From assembly GCA_027623295.1 (NCBI GenBank), contig JAQBXR010000006.1, positions 26,975 to 90,974 of the forward strand: a DNA stretch of 64,000 bases. The letters run 5' to 3'. Below are positions 25,981 through 34,333 of the stretch, piece by piece (positions within the stretch are counted from its first letter, which is position 1; every line of letters starts with the position of its first letter). This stretch comes from Planctomycetota bacterium (GTDB taxonomy: Bacteria; Planctomycetota; UBA1135). The position numbers and the translations under genes are program-made. The notes beneath the pieces are model-generated. The model was not told the DNA's origin. It worked only from the letters and a program-made list of their open reading frames with translations, and did not search any database.

Positions 25981-27387
25981 TCATGACGATGCCATTCCAT
26001 CAGCAAGTTCCACCAACTCATCCATGAGGCGCTGCAAGTCTTCCACCGATGTCGCTGGATTCATGACCGTCAAACGTAAGTAATCCACACCACAGTGATC
26101 CGCCGCGGTGATGTAAAAGTTTCCCCGCTCCATTAGGCGGCTACGTAATTCGCGTTGTGAGATGGAAGAGTCGCCAACACGGAAAAGCAGAATGTTGGTT
26201 TGCGGTTCCAGCGGGACGTCGATTTGTGCGTGCTCCCGGAACAGGGCAGCGGCTTGCTTGGCACGTGCGTACAGGTCATCGATGCGCTTGGTCATGGCAA
26301 CCTCTCCATGAATCGCAAGATTGAGGAACAGCTTTAATCCAATCGGAACCTTGGTGCATTCCACGGCGCGACGGAAAAGATCCGGCCCCTTTGCGAATCC
26401 AGGATTGCCGAGGTAGCTGACATCTTGATGGAAAGCCTTGGCGAAATCAGTTTCGCGCTTGAGCAGTACTGCAGCACAAAGCGCCGAGGTGTGGAGCATT
26501 TTATGTGCATCCCATACCACTGAATCGGCCATTTCAATTCCACGCAGAGCACCTCTATGCTTTTCCGAAAGCAGAGCCGAAGCTCCATGCGCGCCATCGA
26601 CGTGAAACCATAACGCGCGGTTGGCGCAAATTTCACCCATGGCTTGAAGGTCATCGATGCAGCCGGTGGCGGTATTGCAAGCGCTGGCAACGACTGCCAT
26701 GACACGTTTGCCTTCCGCGGCACAGGCCTCCAGAGTTGCATTTAGGGCTGAAATATCAATCGTGCCATCGGGCTTGGTGGGAGTGGTGCGGATTGAGGAG
26801 GAACCTAAACCCAAAATCCCGGCGCTGCGTGCGATGGAATAATGGGCAGTGTCTGCGGTGACCAAAACTAAGTCTTGCGGCACACCCTGCTCCCATGCGT
26901 CGGGTGCAATCACCGCGCGCGCGGCGAGAAGTGCAGTCAGGTTAGCTAGAGAACCACCATGGGTTAAAACCCCTCCGCCTGCTTTTCCATAACCCACATG
27001 GGCGCACATCCAGCGCAGTACAGCCAGTTCCACCGCCACCGCCGGAGGACCCATTTCATGCACCGCCATACCGTTATTGGTGAACCCGTTAATGCAATCC
27101 GCTAGGGAAGAGCCCACCATAGGAACCGCAACTTGGTGACCAATATAGCCAGGGTGGTGCAGCTTGGTCGTCGCCTCTAAATATTGCTTTAGCCATGAAT
27201 CGAGGGCCTTGGCGTCCATGCCGCCGCGCGCGATCCAATCACCGATGCCTAATTCTTCATCCAACACCTCCGGCGATTTCAGCTGAATCACCCGACCTTC
27301 TCGCGCCTCTGCGCTCTTCAAATATGCGGATAAGCGCTGCTCCACAATCGGGAGCAGCGTGTGAAAAGTTTCTGCTGTGCTAACCAA
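25981..27387 (-). CDS. Group II pyridoxal-phosphate-dependent decarboxylase (DABA/aromatic amino acid/glutamate decarboxylase-like)
   Basis: THGGSLANLTALLAAR, HVDGAHGASAL and SVVWDAHKMLHTS (PLP lysine motif). Confidence 0.85.
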   Translation of the reverse strand: MVSTAETFHTLLPIVEQRLSAYLKSAEAREGRVIQLKSPEVLDEELGIGDWIARGGMDAKALDSWLKQYLEATTKLHHPGYIGHQVAVPMVGSSLADCINGFTNNGMAVHEMGPPAVAVELAVLRWMCAHVGYGKAGGGVLTHGGSLANLTALLAARAVIAPDAWEQGVPQDLVLVTADTAHYSIARSAGILGLGSSSIRTTPTKPDGTIDISALNATLEACAAEGKRVMAVVASACNTATGCIDDLQAMGEICANRALWFHVDGAHGASALLSEKHRGALRGIEMADSVVWDAHKMLHTSALCAAVLLKRETDFAKAFHQDVSYLGNPGFAKGPDLFRRAVECTKVPIGLKLFLNLAIHGEVAMTKRIDDLYARAKQAAALFREHAQIDVPLEPQTNILLFRVGDSSISQRELRSRLMERGNFYITAADHCGVDYLRLTVMNPATSVEDLQRLMDELVELADGMASS

Positions 27388-27392
27388 CCGCC

Positions 27393-28196
27393 TTAACTCT
27401 CAAAGATGCGGCTGATGCCACCCAATACGGAGCCTTCACCCTTATCGCGTCCACCACCTTGGGGTGCTGCTGCAAGAACGCGGCCTGCCAAACGCGAGAA
27501 CGGCAAACTCTGTAGCCAAACTTTTCCATGGCCACTCAAGGTGGCAAGGAACAATCCTTCGCCGCCGAAGACCATCGACTTTAGACCGCCCGCGCGTTCA
27601 ATGTCATAGGACAAGCTAGGGGTGAAGGCGGCAATGCATCCGGTATCCACGCGCAAAGTTTCTCCTTTTAACTCTTTCTCAATGATGGTTCCACCGGCAT
27701 GAATGAAGGCCAAGCCATCTCCACGAAGACGTTGCAAGATGAAGCCTTCTCCGCCAAACAATCCGGCGCCAAACTTCTTTTGAAAGGCAATGCCGACTTC
27801 GGTCCCATAGGCCGCGCACAGGAAGGCGTCTTTCTGGCACAGAAGTTCTCCGCCCATGGCATCGAGATCCAAGGCGACAATCTTTCCTGGATAAGGAGCT
27901 GAAAACGTAACCCGACTTTTTTGGCTTGCATGGTGGTTGGTGAAATGGGTGATGAAAAGAGACTCGCCGGTAATCGCGCGCTTGCCAACATCCATGAGCT
28001 TGCCGAAGAAGCCAGAGTCCGGTTTCGAGCCGTCACCCATGCGCGCTTCAAAGTCGATTCCCTGCTCCATCCAGTTCATCGAACCGGCTTCCGCAATGAC
28101 CACCTCGCCGGGATCGAGCTCCACTTCGACCATTTGCATGTCATCACCGTAAATCTTGTAGTCAACTTGGTGGCATTTCATGTCCTTTTCTACCAT
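27393..28196 (-). CDS. AIM24 / TIGR00266 (DUF124) family protein
   Basis: [35 protein letters not shown] start and repeated beta-rich GEGF/GGEG segments. 5-nt gap to the decarboxylase start. Confidence 0.8.
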   Translation of the reverse strand: MVEKDMKCHQVDYKIYGDDMQMVEVELDPGEVVIAEAGSMNWMEQGIDFEARMGDGSKPDSGFFGKLMDVGKRAITGESLFITHFTNHHASQKSRVTFSAPYPGKIVALDLDAMGGELLCQKDAFLCAAYGTEVGIAFQKKFGAGLFGGEGFILQRLRGDGLAFIHAGGTIIEKELKGETLRVDTGCIAAFTPSLSYDIERAGGLKSMVFGGEGLFLATLSGHGKVWLQSLPFSRLAGRVLAAAPQGGGRDKGEGSVLGGISRIFES

Positions 28197-28302
28197 TGCG
28201 GAGGCCTAAAGTTGGCGAAAACCCGGACCAGAGACGGGTTTGGGGGCGCTGCTAGAATCCGCCCTTCAGCACCGCTATCTTTCCCGGTGCAACCTCGAAA
28301 TC

Positions 28303-29529
28303 ATGAGCGAAATTCTCCAAGGCGCGGCCGTCATCGGTCAATCTGGCGGGCCCACCGTCGTCATCAATCAATCTCTGGTCGGCTTCGTGCAGGCTGCGGT
28401 GAAGGCGGATTGCATTACTGCGGTTTACGGCGCGCGGCACGGCATTGCAGGCATGATGAAAGGGGATTTGATCGACCTCGGTAAGGAAAGTAACGCCACC
28501 CTTGAGGCGGTTGCCAATGTTCCTGCTGCAGCGCTCGGTTCGGTACGCATGAAACCGGTTGTGGAGGACATCGCGACTGCGATTGAGACCTTCAAGAAAC
28601 ACAACATTCGCTACTTCTTTTACATCGGCGGTAATGACACCGCGGAAACTGCGCACATCATGGAGCAGCAAACCCGTGCTATGGGTTATGACATGCGCTG
28701 TTTCCACATACCGAAGACCATTGATAACGACCTGCTCGTGACCGATCACTGTCCAGGTTACGGTTCCGCGGCCAAGTTTGTGGCCCACGCTTTTCAGGGC
28801 GATGACCGCGACAACCGCAGTTTGCCGGGCGTAAAAATTAACGTCGTCATGGGCCGCCACGCCGGTTGGCTGACGGCTGCTGCTTCCCTTGGCCGACGCA
28901 ACGCCGACGATGGCCCGCATTTGATTTACTTGCCGGAGCGTACCTTTGATCCAGAGGTTTTCGTGAAGCAAGTCGAAGAGGTGTACGCGCGCCTCGGCCG
29001 TTGCATTGTCGCGGTCTCGGAAGGCATTCACGATTCCGCTGGCAAGCCCTTCCTTCAGGTCTACGCCGAACGTGCCGGCTCGGCCATGGCGGGCATGAAA
29101 GATTCGCATGGCAACGTGCAGCTCTCGGGAACCGGAGCTCTGGGCGATGCGCTCGCCGGCCTGGTCAAAGAGCACATGGGGGACATCCGCGTGCGTGCCG
29201 ATACCTTCGGCTACCTGCAGCGTAGTTTTCCCGCCGACGCCTCTGAGGTCGATCGCAAGGAAGCTCGCGAGGTCGGACGTCGTGCTGTCGAGGCAGCGAT
29301 CAGTGGCGAGCACACATCTGGATCGATTGCTTTAAAGCGTGAAGAAGGAAGTAGTTACAAATGTACTACCTTTGTAACTCCACTCGAATCTGTGGCCAAA
29401 CACACCAAAGGCATGCCTAGTGAATTTCTCGCTGGAGAGGAAGGCGTGACCGCGGCATTCCGCGATTATGCGCTGCCTTTAACTGGTGGAGTCGAGCCCA
29501 TGACGGACCTGGAAGGCCACATTGTGTAG
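28303..29529 (+). CDS. pfp: 6-phosphofructokinase, probably pyrophosphate-dependent
   Basis: GQSGGPTVVINQSL, YFFYIGGNDTAETA (Asp at the GGDG 4th position), HIPKTIDNDL (Lys in PKT), MGRHAGWL. Start set at MSEILQ. Confidence 0.85.
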   Translation: MSEILQGAAVIGQSGGPTVVINQSLVGFVQAAVKADCITAVYGARHGIAGMMKGDLIDLGKESNATLEAVANVPAAALGSVRMKPVVEDIATAIETFKKHNIRYFFYIGGNDTAETAHIMEQQTRAMGYDMRCFHIPKTIDNDLLVTDHCPGYGSAAKFVAHAFQGDDRDNRSLPGVKINVVMGRHAGWLTAAASLGRRNADDGPHLIYLPERTFDPEVFVKQVEEVYARLGRCIVAVSEGIHDSAGKPFLQVYAERAGSAMAGMKDSHGNVQLSGTGALGDALAGLVKEHMGDIRVRADTFGYLQRSFPADASEVDRKEAREVGRRAVEAAISGEHTSGSIALKREEGSSYKCTTFVTPLESVAKHTKGMPSEFLAGEEGVTAAFRDYALPLTGGVEPMTDLEGHIV

Positions 29530-29638
29530 AGCGGACGCGCTCATCCATCTTCACACAAAACCCTTCTAATCCGCCCGTAGTTTTCTCCGGGCGGGCTCAC
29601 AATCTCACCACTGCATTTCCGCAGAACCCAAAATAGCA

Positions 29639-30793
29639 ATGATTCTTACACTTCTTTTGATGCAGGGCCAAGCCCTTGCTCCAATGGACTTCACCGATCT
29701 CCTTCCCGGCGATCCTGGTGAAAAAACCATCAACATCGGCGGCCGTTTTATGGAGGACTTCAGTTTCTTCAGCGGCGGTGAAGATACTGAAGCGGCACTT
29801 GGAACCACCTTTGATGATGGTGCTGAGGTGCGTCGCGCGCGCATCCGCGTATTTGGCGATCTCTCCCAGAACATCGCTTACAAAATGGAGTACGACTGGG
29901 CCGGCGGCACCGCTTCATTGAAGGACGCCTACCTCGAATTCACCGTCGATTCTGTCGGCAAGGTGGTGGTTGGTCACCAGTTCGAGCCGTTCGGTATGGG
30001 CGTTCAAACTTCGAGTCGCTTCATTACGTTTATTGAACGCTCAACCTTGTCCGAAGCTTTTGCCCCTGACCGTAACATGGGTATTTCGGCAACGCGCGCA
30101 ACCGATGCTTGGACCGTCAGTGGTGGTTTGTTCCGCGACACCGATAGCCAAGGCAAAACTGCTGACGAAGGATGGGGTGCTACGGCACGCGCTGTCTTCC
30201 GTCCGATTTACCAAGACAAAGGTCGCAGCCTGGTACACCTCGGTGTGGCGGCTTCTTACCGTCAGGCCGATGGCATGTCCCAGTTCCGCGCTCGTCCAGA
30301 ATCAAACAGCTTGCCACGCTTTGTGGATACGGGTGAATTGACTGCGGATCAGGTCACTTTGATTAACCTTGAGGCTGCATGGCAAGAAGGTCCTTTCCAC
30401 GCCATGTTTGAATACACCATGGCAGACCTAACCGATGACACCGGCGGAGTGGAGCCAAGCTTTACTGGCATGTCCATTCAAGGTGGTTGGTTCCTCACCG
30501 GCGAAAATCGCGGTTACAGCACTGGTAACGGTGTTTGGAGTCGGGTTAAGCCACGCACCTTGGCGCTGCACGATGGCGACGAAGGTAGTGGTGCATGGGA
30601 AGTAGCCCTTCGCTACTCCAACTTGGATCTCACCGAAGCCACTACGGTTTCCGATGAGCTCGATACCATCACCGCTGCGTTGAACTGGTACTTGAACAAC
30701 AACACCCGCATCATGCTGGACGTCACCCAAGCCGATCTCGATAGCTTGGATTCGACCACCATCGTTTCGCTGCGTTTCGCTTTCGACTTCTAA
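29639..30793 (+). CDS. Phosphate-selective porin O/P family outer-membrane protein
   Basis: GGRFMEDFSFF, RRARIRVFGDLSQNIAYKMEYDWAGG, LKDAYLEF and C-terminal SLRFAFDF. The short signal peptide makes the start uncertain. Confidence 0.8.
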   Translation: MILTLLLMQGQALAPMDFTDLLPGDPGEKTINIGGRFMEDFSFFSGGEDTEAALGTTFDDGAEVRRARIRVFGDLSQNIAYKMEYDWAGGTASLKDAYLEFTVDSVGKVVVGHQFEPFGMGVQTSSRFITFIERSTLSEAFAPDRNMGISATRATDAWTVSGGLFRDTDSQGKTADEGWGATARAVFRPIYQDKGRSLVHLGVAASYRQADGMSQFRARPESNSLPRFVDTGELTADQVTLINLEAAWQEGPFHAMFEYTMADLTDDTGGVEPSFTGMSIQGGWFLTGENRGYSTGNGVWSRVKPRTLALHDGDEGSGAWEVALRYSNLDLTEATTVSDELDTITAALNWYLNNNTRIMLDVTQADLDSLDSTTIVSLRFAFDF

Positions 30794-30822
30794 GTAAGTC
30801 TAAAAAAGAACACCTTCATTCA

Positions 30823-30860
30823 CCGAGGGCCGTCCGGGAGCGACGGCCCTCGGTTTTTTT
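30823..30860 (+). terminator. Rho-independent terminator of the porin gene
   Basis: CCGAGGGCCGTC (30823-30834), 7-nt loop, GACGGCCCTCGG (30842-30853), T7 run (30854-30860). Confidence 0.9.
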
Positions 30861-31046
30861 ATGCGCGTGTCCGGTGAGTTAGCGCCGGATTTGAGTTTCT
30901 TGACCGAGTAGGACTTTGCATCGAGTGGGGACTTGAAGGAGATGTCCTTGCGTTACTTTCTTACGGGTGAATTTTTATGTAAACCCGAATACGCGCATCC
31001 TCTTGGATTGGACACGCGCGATGCCGTGGACTGGTAAGCGAGATGC

Positions 31047-32276
31047 TTAAAGTGCCTTACGCGGGGGCACCAGAATATTCGACACCAACAATCCCGTGAC
31101 CAAAGCGGTGGTGGTCATGCCCACTTTATAGGCGGCTTCTAATCCTGCCATGGGGTCGCCACTAGCGAAGTCACCTAGTGAAATGAATCCGGTAGCGCCA
31201 GGCACCAGAATCAAGATGCCGGGCAAACGCACAATCATCGATGGACGGTCGCGCCATCGGGCGTAAACGTTACTGAAGGCTCCCACGACTAAGGCGCCGA
31301 GGAAAATGCTCGTCTCCAAACTGAACTCTTTTATCCCAGCTTGGAAAACCAAGAAGGGTAGGAACACCGCCGCTACCGCCCACAGTAAATCACGTTGGGC
31401 AATCTTGAACAGAATGCCCAAGCTTAACCCGGCCACGGTTAAGCCTATGGGTTGCGCCCAATCGGGCATTGGGATCGGGGACACCGTGGTGTTTGGGGAA
31501 AACCCCATGAGCTCGCCGAGTTGGCGTCCGAACATAGTGCCCATCGTGAGCATGAGTAAAGTTACCCCTGCACCGGCAAGTCGCGCCATACCAGAAGCTG
31601 GATGCTTTAAGGCTAGTTCGGTGGCGCCAATCGCAATGTTGAAGCCAGGCACCAAGATAATCAGGCCGGCTAAAGTTGCTAGGTCCGAAGAGGCGCCGAG
31701 CATATCGGCAAGTACCACGGAGGTTAGGCTTACCAGCAGTGCGCCGAGCGGTTCAAATAAGCGCTTTAAGGGAAGGAAGAAGTCCGCCAACACATAAAGA
31801 CTTCCCAAGCAAAGTCCCGCAAGGCCGGCAAGAATCGTTTCTGGTAACCCTCCCGAAAAGAAGTTCACCGCCGCTGCAGAGGTTGCGCCAAAAGCTAACC
31901 AAGTCAGAGCCTTAGGGTATGGAGCCGGTGCCGATACAATCTCATCGACCTTGGCTGCAGCTTCTTGAATGGGGATCTTCCCATCTAAAACTTCATTGAA
32001 CAAACGATCCAAGCGCGCGAGCTTCGACAAATCCACCGCATGGTCGTAAACGCGTTGCAAGCGTGCATAACCACGCTCTTCCGGCAAATCATAAGCGTAA
32101 AAAATAGCCGACGGCATGCTGAAAAAACTCGCTTCTAACCCCAGCTCTTTCGAAGTGAGGAAAAGTACATCTTCCAAACGATTCGCCGGTGTACCAAAAC
32201 GATGCAACGCCTCCCCAAGCTTTTGTACGAAGTCTATGCCTTGCTGGCGGCTGGTGGAATCTTGAAGCGACGGCAT
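31047..32276 (-). CDS. Threonine/serine exporter (ThrE) family membrane protein (DUF1212+DUF3815 fusion type)
   Basis: LGEALHRFGTPANRLEDVL N-domain followed by about 10 TM helices. Confidence 0.75.
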   Translation of the reverse strand: MPSLQDSTSRQQGIDFVQKLGEALHRFGTPANRLEDVLFLTSKELGLEASFFSMPSAIFYAYDLPEERGYARLQRVYDHAVDLSKLARLDRLFNEVLDGKIPIQEAAAKVDEIVSAPAPYPKALTWLAFGATSAAAVNFFSGGLPETILAGLAGLCLGSLYVLADFFLPLKRLFEPLGALLVSLTSVVLADMLGASSDLATLAGLIILVPGFNIAIGATELALKHPASGMARLAGAGVTLLMLTMGTMFGRQLGELMGFSPNTTVSPIPMPDWAQPIGLTVAGLSLGILFKIAQRDLLWAVAAVFLPFLVFQAGIKEFSLETSIFLGALVVGAFSNVYARWRDRPSMIVRLPGILILVPGATGFISLGDFASGDPMAGLEAAYKVGMTTTALVTGLLVSNILVPPRKAL

Positions 32277-32360
32277 GGGTGGTTCTCAGCTAGGTATTGT
32301 ATCCCTATGCCTGAGATTCGTAATCCTTGGCCACGTTTTTTGACGTAGGCAAGGCGGCGC

Positions 32361-33515
32361 TCAGCGATATAGATTTAGGAAATCAATCGGCCGCGTGCTG
32401 CCACCCTCCAAGCACAGCTCGGCCAAGATCTCGCCCATGACTGGAACGAACTTAAACCCATGACCGCTGAAACCAGTGGCCACGGTGGTGTTTGGTTTTT
32501 CAGCATGACGGCCAATGCGGAAGTGCCCATCGCTGCTGTTGGTGTAACGGCAGACTTCATGGTGCGATAACTTGCCGCTTAGTTCTGGCAGCAAAGAGCG
32601 CATGGCCATCTCTACGGGTTGCAGTGCACTGGCCTCGGAAGTGAGCGGCGTATGGGCGTCTACCACGGCGCCCGGTAAGTGCAGTGCCGCTTTCAACTGA
32701 GGCACATCGCCGCGGGCCGGGAAACCGTAGAGCAATCCAGGGTTAGAAGCGTTTAGGGCGGAAGCTTCCATAGCCCAACACGGTAAGTTTTGTGCGGGGT
32801 CATCTTGGCCGGGTAGAACATCGAACCAACCGAGTGCTTGGCGGGTGACTTCTACCGAGCAAGGCAAAACGCCCAGAGACGTCGCGGAAGCTCCAGCACC
32901 CGCGGTCACCACCAAATGCTTTGCGTGAAAGCGTTCCCCCGATTGGGCGATGAAGACGATGTGATCTTCCTCGTATTCAATCGTCTCAATCGGACAGTCT
33001 TGCACCAAGCGCGCACCATAAGCCACCGCTCGATTTGCAATCGTCTTCACCGCATGTTCGGAATAAACATAACCTGCACGTTCATCCAGCACTCCAACAC
33101 AATCTTCCGGAACCGAAAAGGCGGGGAAGGCACGGTGCAAGGCATCGTCCTGTAAAAGTTGATGGGGGAGATCGTGTTGCTCAGCCGCTTGCAGGGTGCC
33201 GCGAATCAACGCGCCGTCGGGGTGGCCAAAATACAAAGCACCGGTTTGGTTCAGCAAAGAGGCTCCACACTCCTGTTCGAGTGCGCGCCACAAATCCCAA
33301 GCCTCTTTGAGCAGAGCCACGTAACTCGGGTGCTCGTAGTACGACAGCCGCATCATGCGCGTGGTCCCATGATGCGAGGCGCGTTGATTCGGAATCGAAT
33401 AGGCATCGACCCCGAGCACCGAAACACCGCGCCGTGCCAGGCTGAGGCAAGTTGCCGCGCCCATGGAGCCGACACCCAGCACCAAGACTTCAGCATCCAT
33501 AGACTTGCCCGCCAT
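32361..33515 (-). CDS. FAD-dependent amine oxidase (monomeric sarcosine oxidase / N-methyltryptophan oxidase-like)
   Basis: VLVLGVGSMGAATCLSLARRG dinucleotide fold and C-terminal ATGFSGHGFKFVPVMGE. Alternative start MDAEV at 33500. Confidence 0.8.
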   Translation of the reverse strand: MAGKSMDAEVLVLGVGSMGAATCLSLARRGVSVLGVDAYSIPNQRASHHGTTRMMRLSYYEHPSYVALLKEAWDLWRALEQECGASLLNQTGALYFGHPDGALIRGTLQAAEQHDLPHQLLQDDALHRAFPAFSVPEDCVGVLDERAGYVYSEHAVKTIANRAVAYGARLVQDCPIETIEYEEDHIVFIAQSGERFHAKHLVVTAGAGASATSLGVLPCSVEVTRQALGWFDVLPGQDDPAQNLPCWAMEASALNASNPGLLYGFPARGDVPQLKAALHLPGAVVDAHTPLTSEASALQPVEMAMRSLLPELSGKLSHHEVCRYTNSSDGHFRIGRHAEKPNTTVATGFSGHGFKFVPVMGEILAELCLEGGSTRPIDFLNLYR

Positions 33516-33799
33516 GGGACCATCCTAGCGGTTAGCATTTGGTCATGGGCAAGCCGATCTCCGCACAGTGGAAGGTATTCCGAGTTTTAATTGCCAGCTG
33601 GAGTCGGACGATGCCACCCCAGTAAATTCCTTATGCCTGGTAGTTTGGAATCCGAAAAGGGAGCGACGTGGTGGGGGCTAATTTTCAGGTAAAGCGCCCA
33701 GATGGCCTGGAAATCCTGGTCTGGAATGAGGCATTCGTAGGAAGTCGGAAAATATCTAAATAAGGCTTAGGTGGGAGCGCGGGCAGCCGCAAAGGAGTC

Positions 33800-34333
33800 A
33801 TGCGAGGTCCCATCCCATGCGTAATCCTCATCGGAGTTCTCTCAGGCTTGTCCCTGAGCAGTGCCGGTGCTTCTTCTGTTACCGAAACAGCTCCAGATTT
33901 AGAGACTTTGGTCGCCGGTGCGGAACGCATTTGCGAAATCGAAGTTCTCGACGCTACGAGCGTCATGTTGGACGACGGCACCATTGAAACGCGATACAGC
34001 TTTTCGACCCTGGTGCCGATAAAAGGTGCAATGGCCTCGATTCAGGAAGTTCGTATTCCTGGAGGTGAGGTTGCCGGTAAAGGACTGGTCCTGCCGGGCA
34101 TGCCTGACTTAAATGTCGGGGATCGCAGCATCCTTTTCCTAAGCCAACCCTCTCTACAAAAGCAATGGCGCATGCCGATCGGACTCCAAGCAGGATCGAT
34201 GACCGTGCAGTCTGCATCCGTTTCCGGTGCAGCGCAGGTCTTGCGTCGTGGCGGAGAGGAGGGTTTCGTCCAAGTCGATGACTATGATGTTCTTCTCGCA
34301 GAAATCTTCGCCGAAGTCCAGCGCCAAGGCTGA
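33800..34333 (+). CDS. Secreted protein of unknown function
   Basis: Signal peptide (VILIGVLSGLSLSSAGA). No recognisable motif. Its 3' end overlaps the start region of the matrixin gene. Confidence 0.55.
   Translation: MRGPIPCVILIGVLSGLSLSSAGASSVTETAPDLETLVAGAERICEIEVLDATSVMLDDGTIETRYSFSTLVPIKGAMASIQEVRIPGGEVAGKGLVLPGMPDLNVGDRSILFLSQPSLQKQWRMPIGLQAGSMTVQSASVSGAAQVLRRGGEEGFVQVDDYDVLLAEIFAEVQRQG

Noticed and set aside
25824-26021. 65-aa ORF overlapping the 3' end of the decarboxylase gene
   Set aside because: As drawn it overlaps the decarboxylase coding end. Only the internal 41-codon version (from ATG 25949) is non-overlapping, and that lacks a convincing RBS. It is kept as a low-confidence note in the findings, not as a feature.
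28252-29313. 353-aa ORF on the minus strand covering most of the phosphofructokinase gene
   Set aside because: It lies fully antisense to a CDS with unmistakable PFK motifs. Its translation is Arg/Ala/Gly/Val-rich with no recognisable motif. This is the typical shadow ORF of GC-rich DNA.
30861-30911. 16-codon mini-ORF (MRVSGELAPDLSFLTE) directly after the porin terminator
   Set aside because: No RBS, it starts within the terminator tail, and it is too short to support without expression data.
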